64,000 nucleotides of DNA, from positions 1-64,000 of the IMG/VR virus record IMGVR_UViG_3300036770_004723, one strand, 5' to 3'. Below the pieces are notes generated by a model. The model worked only from the letters and a program-made list of their open reading frames with translations, was not told the DNA's origin and ran no database searches. Positions 27,585 to 36,933 of this stretch are shown one piece after another. The first letter of the stretch is position 1. Every line of letters starts with the position of its first letter. The position numbers were made by a program, and so were the translations under genes.

Positions 27585-30500
27585 ATGGCAAGGCTACGTT
27601 TTAGATCGCCTTATAATAACAAATGGTTAGATGCTTGCAATCATCAAATATTTATCAGGTCCCCTGATAATAGAACTTGGTATCAATTAGATCCAAAACG
27701 TGCTAGTGTCCGTGATGGTGGAAATTTAAATTGGTTAGAACTTGATTGTAATCCTGATCCACTTTTTGATGAACCTTGTGCATTTAAAGATATAGCAAGC
27801 GTTAACTGTCCTAGTGGTACTCCTACAATTGAGTTAGGTTCAGGTGACGGTACTGGAAGTAATGGTCCTCAATTCAATTTAGTAAATGGTTATCCGGCAG
27901 GTTACGACTTGCCGGATGCTGGTTCTTCAGGATTTTTCTTAGATACTTTAATATCAAGTGCAAAAGGTTTAGCTATCAAAAGACCTGCTTTAAATTTTGC
28001 ACTAGAGTCCTATGATCCGTCAGGTACAACAAGTAATTTAGGTCGTGGTACATACGATAACCCTAATTATTTGTGGGCAACTACATTTAGTAGTGGCTGT
28101 GCTATTACCGAAACAATTTACGATCTTGGATTAGTAGCTGGTTGGTATGAAATTCCATTTGCTTGTTATCACCCTGAAGGTATTAGCGTAGACGTTTATT
28201 ATTTAGGTAGACGCATTGCAACAACATGTGGACGCATTAAAGATCGTTACAAGATTGAATTCTTTTTTGATCCAAGTGCAGGATCTGGTGAAAGTCGGAT
28301 AATGATCAGAGTACGTGGTGAAGAATCAACACGTTGGTCATTAATGGTTATAGGGCCAAAACAAAATTTAAGTGTATACAATTTAGATTGGACAGATTTA
28401 ACTCAAGCGCTTGCCATACGCCAAGATGAATATAATGGTACTCCTATATTTCCAGCACCTTGTCACGCCACAGTATTTCCAAGAACATATAAAACTAATG
28501 ATGGAAAATGGTTTTATGAATTTCATCACTATGTAGGTGAGAACGCAGATCCTACTGAAATCGCTAGAATGGTTTTAGACTATAGTAGTTGGATGAATCA
28601 TGATAAATTTGAAATATATCATGGAGGTCTAAGAATTGGAAGTACAATGGATCCAACTACTTTATTAGGTATGATTGAATTTTTGTGGGAACCTAATCGT
28701 TTTGTTATACCTGTACCAGATTTAATGATAAGGGTTAGTGCAGAAAATAGAGAATACGGCCAAGATATAATGAGCTGGTATTATACATTATTCTGTCAAA
28801 ATACTGCTGGATATAGAGCGAATCCTTGGCCTTGTGAAACGCCTATTGCAGGTTTAAGTAGCATGGGACATAGTAGCACCGAAGATAACTATAACATGGA
28901 TAACGGAGTACAAAAAGGTGTTGTTAGTGTAAAAGTTATTCCTTACGGAGACTTCAACTACTCTGTTAGTATATTCGATATAGATCAGAATTTAATTTCT
29001 TATACTGAAGCATCTAAAACAGCATTTATTCAGTTTTTTATTTTTAAAGATCAACATGGGAATTCTAGAAATAGAATAACAGTAAGGATCGATGCACCGC
29101 TAGGATCAAGCTGGACTTACTTTGTAGGTTGTCCTGTTGAATTAATTGATATTGAAATAGATGATAAAGTTGTTCCTGTGTGCGATGGAGATGTTGAGAT
29201 ATCAATTCAAAATTTAAGTATTCAAAAAAATACAACAGGCAAATTTACATTGAATACTAATATTCCTGTCCCATCTGATCTAACTATTAACGTAGCTACT
29301 TCTGACGGTACAGCGTTGAGTGCATTAGGTGCAGCAAACTACGGAGGATTACCTAATATCTACGGTATTTTCAATGATGTAGACTCTATATCTGATGGTG
29401 CTACGGTAGCAACTAAATCTGGTAGATTTTTAATACAGAATTTTCCAACTGCTTCAGTTATTTTTGATAACGGTTGGGGAAATTTAGCAAATCCAGAGTA
29501 CAAAGGTAAGACACTTGGTAGCAACACTAGATTTGCTGAAAATATTCTAACATCTACATTTGCAAATTTAAGTCCAGATGCAAGAGTTTTAATAAACTCT
29601 TGGAAGCATCGCTTAGGTGATTTAAGTGGTAAACGTTGGTTAATATTAACCGACACCTCAGACAGCTTAAGTGATTTTTCAGTAATATGTTCAAACTTTA
29701 TTCAGAGCATGATAAACATTTATGGATTAACTGTACAAGTAGTCAAAGACGATTACAGTAACTTACCTGCTCTGTATGATATCCTAACAATTGCAAATAG
29801 CAAAAAATGGGCAGATGTAGGCAAATATAGTTCAGGAGGCGTACATTATATTAATAGAGTTCTACAAGGATATAAGAGTCCTGTAGCTATAGGCATAGCC
29901 ACACAAATAAAACAAAATAAAGTTTTTCACGCCTATTTTAAAAATAGCGCAAATCGTTTATCTGAAAATATTTTTATACGTGACGTAATGAATTGTTTTA
30001 CCGGCGTTAAGTTGCAATGGAATGAACAAGTATCTAAATCACTGTCGGTTCCAAGTGTAAGTTTAAATGTACACACTCAACAATTTCCTGATACACCACT
30101 AACAAATGGTATAACTGAACAAAAATTAGATACTGATTTTTCAGTTATTGATATGCGTTATGATACTGTTGTAAATTTAGATCCTGATTATGAAGCTAGA
30201 TCAGGAACTGTTGTTATTCCAGCAGGTCAAAGTTCAGGAACATTTGATGTACGTACTTTAGATCCAGCAGCCAATCCAGTCGGTAAATTCTTTTTCCTAG
30301 ATCTTTTGACATCTTCTTATGGTGATATAGTTGAAGAACAAGGTAAAGCAACAATAATTAATTCTACAGCACCTAATCCTGTAACAGACGTACACTTCAC
30401 AAAAACATCTTATGCTGCAATGACATGGACAAGCGACGCAGGATGCAGTGTGGTATTTGGTGTAGATTCTGCTAATCTAGATCTTGGTGACATGATTGGT

Positions 30501-30896
30501 TCATTGGCTGCTGGAGAATTTGATTCAAATCCTTCAGGTAATTTTAATAACGCCCGTTATTATAAAGTAGGCAGTTATAAAAATGATTCTACTCTCACTT
30601 ATGAGTGCAAATGGGAATACGTGGTTAAGGTAAAGGATTACGCAGCTAATTTAGTTTTTTTACCTACATCAATCACCAGTTTTCAACCTATTTCCTCGAA
30701 TAAACGTTTTATAGTTTCTATGAATGTGCCAGCAGGTACAGAAGTAGATCAAACGGCAATAGTGGAAGCAAACTTAATTATTAAAGATAGTTTAGGTAGA
30801 ATATCGAAAAGTAATACAGTGACAATTGTTTTAACTTACGTAGTTCCTGGTTGGGGAGGTGGCGGTGATACTGGACCTAGCGGAATTGTTTTCTAG
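27585..30896 (+). CDS. Large multidomain virion/fibre protein with split Calx-beta domain
   Basis: Likely ATG at 27585 (AGGA RBS); repeated beta modules; Calx-beta halves ATSDGTA and DYEARSGTVVIPAGQSSGTF; ends GWGGGGDTGPSGIVF. Confidence 0.75.
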   Translation: MARLRFRSPYNNKWLDACNHQIFIRSPDNRTWYQLDPKRASVRDGGNLNWLELDCNPDPLFDEPCAFKDIASVNCPSGTPTIELGSGDGTGSNGPQFNLVNGYPAGYDLPDAGSSGFFLDTLISSAKGLAIKRPALNFALESYDPSGTTSNLGRGTYDNPNYLWATTFSSGCAITETIYDLGLVAGWYEIPFACYHPEGISVDVYYLGRRIATTCGRIKDRYKIEFFFDPSAGSGESRIMIRVRGEESTRWSLMVIGPKQNLSVYNLDWTDLTQALAIRQDEYNGTPIFPAPCHATVFPRTYKTNDGKWFYEFHHYVGENADPTEIARMVLDYSSWMNHDKFEIYHGGLRIGSTMDPTTLLGMIEFLWEPNRFVIPVPDLMIRVSAENREYGQDIMSWYYTLFCQNTAGYRANPWPCETPIAGLSSMGHSSTEDNYNMDNGVQKGVVSVKVIPYGDFNYSVSIFDIDQNLISYTEASKTAFIQFFIFKDQHGNSRNRITVRIDAPLGSSWTYFVGCPVELIDIEIDDKVVPVCDGDVEISIQNLSIQKNTTGKFTLNTNIPVPSDLTINVATSDGTALSALGAANYGGLPNIYGIFNDVDSISDGATVATKSGRFLIQNFPTASVIFDNGWGNLANPEYKGKTLGSNTRFAENILTSTFANLSPDARVLINSWKHRLGDLSGKRWLILTDTSDSLSDFSVICSNFIQSMINIYGLTVQVVKDDYSNLPALYDILTIANSKKWADVGKYSSGGVHYINRVLQGYKSPVAIGIATQIKQNKVFHAYFKNSANRLSENIFIRDVMNCFTGVKLQWNEQVSKSLSVPSVSLNVHTQQFPDTPLTNGITEQKLDTDFSVIDMRYDTVVNLDPDYEARSGTVVIPAGQSSGTFDVRTLDPAANPVGKFFFLDLLTSSYGDIVEEQGKATIINSTAPNPVTDVHFTKTSYAAMTWTSDAGCSVVFGVDSANLDLGDMIGSLAAGEFDSNPSGNFNNARYYKVGSYKNDSTLTYECKWEYVVKVKDYAANLVFLPTSITSFQPISSNKRFIVSMNVPAGTEVDQTAIVEANLIIKDSLGRISKSNTVTIVLTYVVPGWGGGGDTGPSGIVF

Positions 30897-31377
30897 GTCA
30901 GGACATACAGTTCAATCTTTATTAATTGAATCATCTAATCTAAATAACCCTCCGATTATAATCGGAGGGTTTGCTAGACATCTACATGATCTAAAAGGTT
31001 TTAATGATATTGATTGGCTTTGCTATGACCAGACTAGTTTTGTGCAAATGTGCAATTTAATGAATAAACATTTTGAGTTAATAGCTATTTCCATATGCAA
31101 AGACTACTTTTATTATAAAGAAGTTGTTGGCGCGAACAAAATAATTCATCAGGTTCATACTTTACCTAATGTTGGTTGTCACCATGATTTTTTAAACTAT
31201 GCTGATTTTACTGTTAGCTGCATAGGCTTTAATTATACGACTATAATTAAACATCGTTTATTTGATTATGATCTTAAACAAAGTATTTTAAGAAAAAACG
31301 AAAGTTATGTTAAACCTTTTGATAGATCTAGGATCAAGAAATATACGGATCGTGGATTTAAAATGAATTTAATTTAG
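30865..31377 (+). CDS. Nucleotidyltransferase-fold protein (PolyA/CCA head-like)
   Basis: IIGGFARH...FNDIDW, DFTVSCIGF and RIKKYTDRGF motifs; GTG at 30865 with GGAGG 5 nt upstream. Confidence 0.7.
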   Translation: MILDLAELFSRSGHTVQSLLIESSNLNNPPIIIGGFARHLHDLKGFNDIDWLCYDQTSFVQMCNLMNKHFELIAISICKDYFYYKEVVGANKIIHQVHTLPNVGCHHDFLNYADFTVSCIGFNYTTIIKHRLFDYDLKQSILRKNESYVKPFDRSRIKKYTDRGFKMNLI

Positions 31378-31387
31378 GATAAGAAAA

Positions 31388-34300
31388 ATGGCTGGAACAC
31401 CTTTTGTATCAGTTTATGAAAATTTAAATGCAGATCCAGCAGACACAGTTGCGAATTATACTTGGAAATACGATCACGAGTATATTGTTTATGTAGTAGA
31501 AAGACATAAACGTACTGAATTAGGTATGAGTTATACACTAACACTAAGATCTGCTATAGGTTCATCTGATAGAGGATTTATCGCCAAACACATCGACTGC
31601 TATGTTATATTTGATCAGCAGGATATGAAAATAAAAACACAGACTAGACAAGGTGATTGGTGTCCGATAGTAAAAATACTAGAAAGACCTGTAACATTTG
31701 GTGTAACTGATCATACTTCTGAGAATTGGGAAGAGTGGTGGACAGGTACGGCAGCTCAAGTATCAAAACCTTGGGAAGATGACTACGAATATTTTGTACT
31801 TTCAAGTCAAGGTGCTGCCCCTGGAAATATAGGTTGGTCAAGTTTTGTTACTTCTTTACATTTTTTTATACCTGAAGAATTTGAACAAGTCCCTATAAAT
31901 GGTGAGTGCTTTATGCGCCCCACTGTGGATGGAGGTATTAAGTTTTGGCGTCCACATTGGGGTGGAAATAAAAGTAGTAGATACGTAGCTACTTGGGGCA
32001 ACGTATCTATTATTTCACATATATATAGAAGAAAAATTCGTTTTGATACAGCACCATCAAAACAATTTAATAGTTGGTTTAAAAAGCAAATATTCGGTTT
32101 TCCTTATGGCGTATATGCAGGTAATAAATGGCGCGATGCGAAGCCATGTAATTGGGTAGAAGATAAAGAAGTTATTATGATGACCTTGGACTGTTCTGGT
32201 CCTGACGAATTAGCTTCCTCTTATTTTTTTACCGATAGTGCTATGTTTACTTTGCCTAGTAGTGTAATGAATTATAGTGAAGGGGGCATGGTATGCGAGT
32301 CGGGAGTTAGTCATTTTACCATGTTAAATACTCCCAATTTTGCAAGACACGGTGTTAAAACTGTGCATACCTACGGAGATGATGGTGCAACTGTTTTTGT
32401 AATGTATGAAAAACTGGATGTTTTAGCTGACGATCCTGTTATTATTGTTCCTCCTGAACCAGATCCTAAGCCGCCGTCATGTTCAGACTGTGTAAGGGCA
32501 GGATCTATTTGGGAACAAACTGCAAATATTGAAGTAAAATTTTTAAAGCCTGTTGATTGGCAATTACGTAATTACCGTTACGTGTGGTCCGGTGATATAG
32601 GTAATGGAAATGTTGAGTTACTTGGAACCGAAGACAAAGGGCGTATTGCCAAAATTCGTTTTGCAAAACAAATGGCAGTTGAAGACTCTTCAACCTTTTT
32701 ACCTGTTAATATTGTAGTAGAAGTATTTGACGAAGATTATAGTGCAATAGGTATATCTGATAAAGATAGCGCAGTAATATCTTTTGAATTGCCTTGTGTA
32801 ATATTAGCGAACGAACCTAATATATCTATACAGGATTTAAGTATTATAGAAGGTGATGTCGATAATAAAATACTGTTAAAAATTTCTGCCAGTGAGCCAG
32901 CTGAAGGTGGAGATATAACAGTTGATTGGACTACAGTTGAAGACACTGCAACGAATAATGTAGATTATTACCAAGCTAGCGGGACCGCTACTATAGTCGA
33001 AGGATCAAGTGAAGCTATTGTGGAAATAATGTTGATAGGTGATGATATTTTAGAAAGCAATGAAACTTTTATTGTACGTATTTCAAATGCAAGTCGTGGA
33101 AATATTGTTAAAGATACAGGTATCATAACTATACTAGATGATGATGCAAGTCCTTGCGGTGTAGATACGCCAGCAGGCGGTGCAGGTGTAACAGAAACAA
33201 CACATTTCTTAGGCTCTAATCCTGGACGTGTTATAGTTACATTTGAAATGTACGGTGTACAAGATAAAATGGAAATTTTTTATGAAGGAAATTTAGTTGC
33301 GGCCACAAGCCCAGGTCCTGATGGTAAAAATGTACCAGGAGGTAATATTTTAAATCCTGGATTCGTTAGCGATCAAGGTAATCTTTCTTTTGACTATTTT
33401 GGTCCACCTAGAGCAACTTCATTTATGATCAGAATGACAGGTCCTGATGGAACTGAATGGAATTATAAATTTAATTGCCCTGTTCCTTTCGATGGTGGAT
33501 GGGATGGAAAATTAGATGCAGTTCCTACATTAATATTCGATCCTTTAGGTAATGGTACTGAGTTTGACGCAGGTTTGTTTATTATGCCTGATGGATCTAT
33601 CCAAGCAACTTCTGCTTCAGGACCTTTAGGTTATTGGAGTGGGGCAATTGCAAATAGCTCTAATTCCGAAGTAAAATTTGAAGTTATTTCTGGTACGGCA
33701 AGTGTACATAATAATGCTCCGGATTTTTCACCTTTAGCATCTTCCAGACAAATATGGTTACGTCTTCCATTAAATTCTCCTGTTACTGAAGTAACTATTA
33801 GAGTTTATTTGCGTGAAGCCGGTTCTACAACAGCAATAGTAACTAAAGACGTGGTGTTAAAAGTAGGATCTGGAGGAACTGGAGGTGGAGGCAATGGCTG
33901 TTTTATTTACGGCACATTGATCGACATGGCTGACGGTACTAAAAAGAAAATTGAAGATATTGTTGTAGGTGATAAATTAAAAACTTTATTAATACCTGAT
34001 ATGCCGGACGCAAGTGCAGAAGATCCTACCAGCTATTTCGATTGGTCTGAAATAGCTATCGCACCTACTTATGCGGAATGTTATGTAAAAGATGTGGATC
34101 ATAATAGCTTTAGTTATTATTACAAAATATTTGCAGAAAATATGTTTGAACCTTTATGTATAACAGTAGAACATCCGGTATTAGTTAAATTTCAAGAACA
34201 AGGTATGGAATGGCATTGGGATACACCAGCTAGATTAAGAATAGGTGATTATCTTTATAATAATAAGATGGAAGCAGTTAAAATTTTGACGATAGAAATA

Positions 34301-34420
34301 GTGGTTGAAAAAATAAATACCGCTAATTTAAACGTAGAAAATTTAGATACATATTTTGCTAACGGTATATTTGTACATAATAGTGAAAATACAGAAACAC
34401 CTAAAGAACCTATAGGGTAA
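31388..34420 (+). CDS. Multidomain virion/fibre protein with Calx-beta and C-terminal Hint domain
   Basis: ISIQDLSIIEGD...VDWTTVEDTATNNVDYYQASGTATI...ILDDD (Calx-beta); GGTGGGGNG-CFIYGT...VHN-S. Confidence 0.85.
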   Translation: MAGTPFVSVYENLNADPADTVANYTWKYDHEYIVYVVERHKRTELGMSYTLTLRSAIGSSDRGFIAKHIDCYVIFDQQDMKIKTQTRQGDWCPIVKILERPVTFGVTDHTSENWEEWWTGTAAQVSKPWEDDYEYFVLSSQGAAPGNIGWSSFVTSLHFFIPEEFEQVPINGECFMRPTVDGGIKFWRPHWGGNKSSRYVATWGNVSIISHIYRRKIRFDTAPSKQFNSWFKKQIFGFPYGVYAGNKWRDAKPCNWVEDKEVIMMTLDCSGPDELASSYFFTDSAMFTLPSSVMNYSEGGMVCESGVSHFTMLNTPNFARHGVKTVHTYGDDGATVFVMYEKLDVLADDPVIIVPPEPDPKPPSCSDCVRAGSIWEQTANIEVKFLKPVDWQLRNYRYVWSGDIGNGNVELLGTEDKGRIAKIRFAKQMAVEDSSTFLPVNIVVEVFDEDYSAIGISDKDSAVISFELPCVILANEPNISIQDLSIIEGDVDNKILLKISASEPAEGGDITVDWTTVEDTATNNVDYYQASGTATIVEGSSEAIVEIMLIGDDILESNETFIVRISNASRGNIVKDTGIITILDDDASPCGVDTPAGGAGVTETTHFLGSNPGRVIVTFEMYGVQDKMEIFYEGNLVAATSPGPDGKNVPGGNILNPGFVSDQGNLSFDYFGPPRATSFMIRMTGPDGTEWNYKFNCPVPFDGGWDGKLDAVPTLIFDPLGNGTEFDAGLFIMPDGSIQATSASGPLGYWSGAIANSSNSEVKFEVISGTASVHNNAPDFSPLASSRQIWLRLPLNSPVTEVTIRVYLREAGSTTAIVTKDVVLKVGSGGTGGGGNGCFIYGTLIDMADGTKKKIEDIVVGDKLKTLLIPDMPDASAEDPTSYFDWSEIAIAPTYAECYVKDVDHNSFSYYYKIFAENMFEPLCITVEHPVLVKFQEQGMEWHWDTPARLRIGDYLYNNKMEAVKILTIEIVVEKINTANLNVENLDTYFANGIFVHNSENTETPKEPIG
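33899..34381 (+). other. Hint (intein-like) domain, 161 aa, canonical splicing residues
   Basis: Cys1 (aa 838), block B TVEH, terminal His-Asn, +1 Ser; no homing endonuclease. Confidence 0.85.
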
Positions 34421-34433
34421 TCTAAGGAGTAAT

Positions 34434-34649
34434 ATGCCTAGAACTGTTAGATTAAGGGTCAGAGATATTAAAAATGTTTCTGATCCTTTTCACATTAAAA
34501 ACTTCCATAAAGGAGGTTGGAAAGTAAGAACTTCAAAAGGATGGGTACGTATGGTTCCGGCCAATACGAAAATAGTAAATCCCGATTTTGATTCTTCGAA
34601 ACCTGATAGCAATGAAAACCCAAAGTTTACAAATATAATTGGTGAGTAA
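34434..34649 (+). CDS. Small virion protein resembling the N-terminus of 27585
   Basis: 71 aa, AGGAG RBS; RLRVRD.KN...W..R...W pattern. Confidence 0.65.
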   Translation: MPRTVRLRVRDIKNVSDPFHIKNFHKGGWKVRTSKGWVRMVPANTKIVNPDFDSSKPDSNENPKFTNIIGE

Positions 34650-34651
34650 AG

Positions 34652-35428
34652 ATGAATCTTACACAAATACCAATGGCTTTGGTAAAGCCTCAAACAGGCG
34701 CTATAGCAGGCCAAACAGTTAGTGTCGTAAGTCCAGAAAAATTAGGTACTGAGGATCCGCAATCAGGGTTAGTTCCTGCTGTAATACAAGGAACTTATGA
34801 TAGTGAAAGCGGAACAGTAACATTAGTAAATGCTGACGATAGTATTGTTACCATAACTGGATTTCCAACTGAGAGATCATTACCGCAAGGCCACAGAGGA
34901 CCTGAAGGTAAAGTTGGCTTACGTGGTTTACCTGGTAGGTCAGGACGAGATGGTAAACCAGGAATACAAGGTTGTCCAGGAGTTAAAGGAGATCGTGGAT
35001 TACGTGGGCCGATAGGGCCAGAAGGGCCAAGAGGCCCACAAGGAGAAATAGGTAAAACAGGTGAGAAAGGTGATAAGGGAGATAAAGGTGACGCAGGTGC
35101 TGACGGCGTAGAACCTGAATATTTAAAAACTAGTCGTGGTGTTTCTATCACAATAAAAAGAAGTGGCGGAAATATACAAAGCGGCTATTATGAAAATATT
35201 TTACAGGATAGAACAATTACTGTGCTTTTCCCGCGTAACCTTGTTAACCAAGTAGCATCAATAATTCTTTTCTTTAAAAATCCTAGCAGCTACCAAGCAC
35301 AAAATTACGAAATAGGGAACTATTTTTATGATGACCTTGAAATTGGTGGCTTTACAATAACTTTAAAAGGTACTGTACCTACACCGCTAGAAGCTTGGCA
35401 ATTCTGGTGGCTGGTAATGGGCGATTAA
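34652..35428 (+). CDS. Collagen-like fibre protein with beta C-terminal domain
   Basis: LTQIPMALV / YD...G.VTL...ITGFPT N-domain, Gly-X-Y run, IQSG...ITVLFP fibre-tip-like domain. Confidence 0.8.
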   Translation: MNLTQIPMALVKPQTGAIAGQTVSVVSPEKLGTEDPQSGLVPAVIQGTYDSESGTVTLVNADDSIVTITGFPTERSLPQGHRGPEGKVGLRGLPGRSGRDGKPGIQGCPGVKGDRGLRGPIGPEGPRGPQGEIGKTGEKGDKGDKGDAGADGVEPEYLKTSRGVSITIKRSGGNIQSGYYENILQDRTITVLFPRNLVNQVASIILFFKNPSSYQAQNYEIGNYFYDDLEIGGFTITLKGTVPTPLEAWQFWWLVMGD

Positions 35429-35429
35429 T

Positions 35430-35951
35430 ATGCAAACAGATTCTAAATATGTAAGTTTTGATCCTGAAAGATGCGGATCTAGTAATATTACAGGTATCTA
35501 TTCAAACCCAGCTTTAGCTAAAACTCAAAACGTTGTACTTATATCAGGTCTTGAGTTATCACAATATCGCAATGCACCAAATGATTTTGGTATAGATCAA
35601 GACAAAAGATTTACCCGAATTAATCGGGCAGAAAACTCCATTGTCAAAACAATCGCTCAAGAAAGAAATATTGCAAAAAACGATATTATCAAACCTATTC
35701 AAGTAGACTTAAGCTCTAGTGAAATTTCTGAATTATTTGAATACATTCCTGACATGACTCTTCAACTAAATTTAATGAGCGGACTGCATTTGACTTTAGC
35801 AAACAAATCTTCTGTTTGTAGGTTATGGTGCAGGTCAGAGTCAGGTGATTGGTTATTTAAAGACCATTCATACGAGCAACTTATTAAAGTTGCAAAAGCA
35901 ATTAACGCGCGTAGAGAAGCTATGAGTGAAAATGTCTACGCCACTTTCTAA
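35430..35951 (+). CDS. Putative tail fibre assembly protein
   Basis: 173 aa directly after a fibre gene; C-terminal helix pattern typical of fibre chaperones. Confidence 0.4.
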   Translation: MQTDSKYVSFDPERCGSSNITGIYSNPALAKTQNVVLISGLELSQYRNAPNDFGIDQDKRFTRINRAENSIVKTIAQERNIAKNDIIKPIQVDLSSSEISELFEYIPDMTLQLNLMSGLHLTLANKSSVCRLWCRSESGDWLFKDHSYEQLIKVAKAINARREAMSENVYATF

Positions 35952-35968
35952 AGTCTAAGGCTTAATCT

Positions 35969-36907
35969 ATGGATCAGCTATTAGTAAGTTTAATTACGGA
36001 GTGTTTAGCTAAATCAACTACATTAGGCATAACAGGATCTAATACAGTTGTATTATCTGTAGGTGCATCAGATAATGAAAGTGTTAATATTTATGTGAGT
36101 TACATAGAACCGAATTTAGCGGAGCTTCCGTTAAATTTTATGTGGTTGGTGGCAGATCAAAATAGCGGTAATTACAGAAAACTATTAAAGCGTGTTTCAC
36201 GTATAAGTACACCGCCATTTAATAATACTTATATTGAGTTAAGTACACGGCAAGAAGTTTTAACCAATTACATGCAATATGATCAAGCTAGCTTGATCCG
36301 AAGCGCTTTAATTAACCACGTTGTTAGTACAGGTAACAGTCACAATGCAACACCTACACAATTAAGTTCTGTTAATGTAGGTGGAGATCAAATGGTAGGG
36401 CAGTTGTTAGCCCGAGCCAATTGGAGAACTGTTCCATTAGTGCCTACAGAATTTATACCAAATCAAAGATTGATCGATGCACAGAATGCGCAAACAAATG
36501 GATTCTACACGATCATAATGCAGTTAAATTCTAGAGTAAGTAAAGTAGAGGAAGAACTAAGGAATTTAAAACTAGGTAGGATAAAAGAATTAGAGGATAG
36601 AGTTACATTAATTGAAGAAACTGGTAATGGATCTATTGATATAGGTATTGTACCAAGAACTTATGTTCACATACAAGAAACGGAACAAAGTATTTGGACA
36701 ATTAATCATAGACTAGGTAATACAGACCTAATAGTTCAATACTGGGTAGCTCAATTAGATGGTGATGGAAAAACAGTTTACGAAGTTGCTGTAGCTGAAT
36801 CTATAACTTTGTTAGATGGTGAATTTTTAGTTGTAGAACATAACATGCCGGTAAAAGGTAAGGTTGTAATTCTTGAGGCAGGTTTAGATCCTGCACCTAT
36901 TAATTGA
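35969..36907 (+). CDS. Virion fibre-associated protein
   Basis: Coiled coil, then YVHIQ...WTINHRLG module shared with 39455, 41239 and 41859. Confidence 0.65.
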   Translation: MDQLLVSLITECLAKSTTLGITGSNTVVLSVGASDNESVNIYVSYIEPNLAELPLNFMWLVADQNSGNYRKLLKRVSRISTPPFNNTYIELSTRQEVLTNYMQYDQASLIRSALINHVVSTGNSHNATPTQLSSVNVGGDQMVGQLLARANWRTVPLVPTEFIPNQRLIDAQNAQTNGFYTIIMQLNSRVSKVEEELRNLKLGRIKELEDRVTLIEETGNGSIDIGIVPRTYVHIQETEQSIWTINHRLGNTDLIVQYWVAQLDGDGKTVYEVAVAESITLLDGEFLVVEHNMPVKGKVVILEAGLDPAPIN

Positions 36908-36933
36908 AAATCCAAAGGTAATGGAGTGCCTTA

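Noticed and set aside
25389-34381. Classifying the Hint domains as mobile selfish inteins
   Set aside because: No homing endonuclease, terminal position behind Gly linkers, and only 12-13 aa C-exteins; recorded as host-protein domains instead
25325-35151. Pro-rich minus-strand ORFs (25325-25516, 26275-26541, 34795-35151)
   Set aside because: Reverse-complement artefacts of poly-Gly and Gly-X-Y codons
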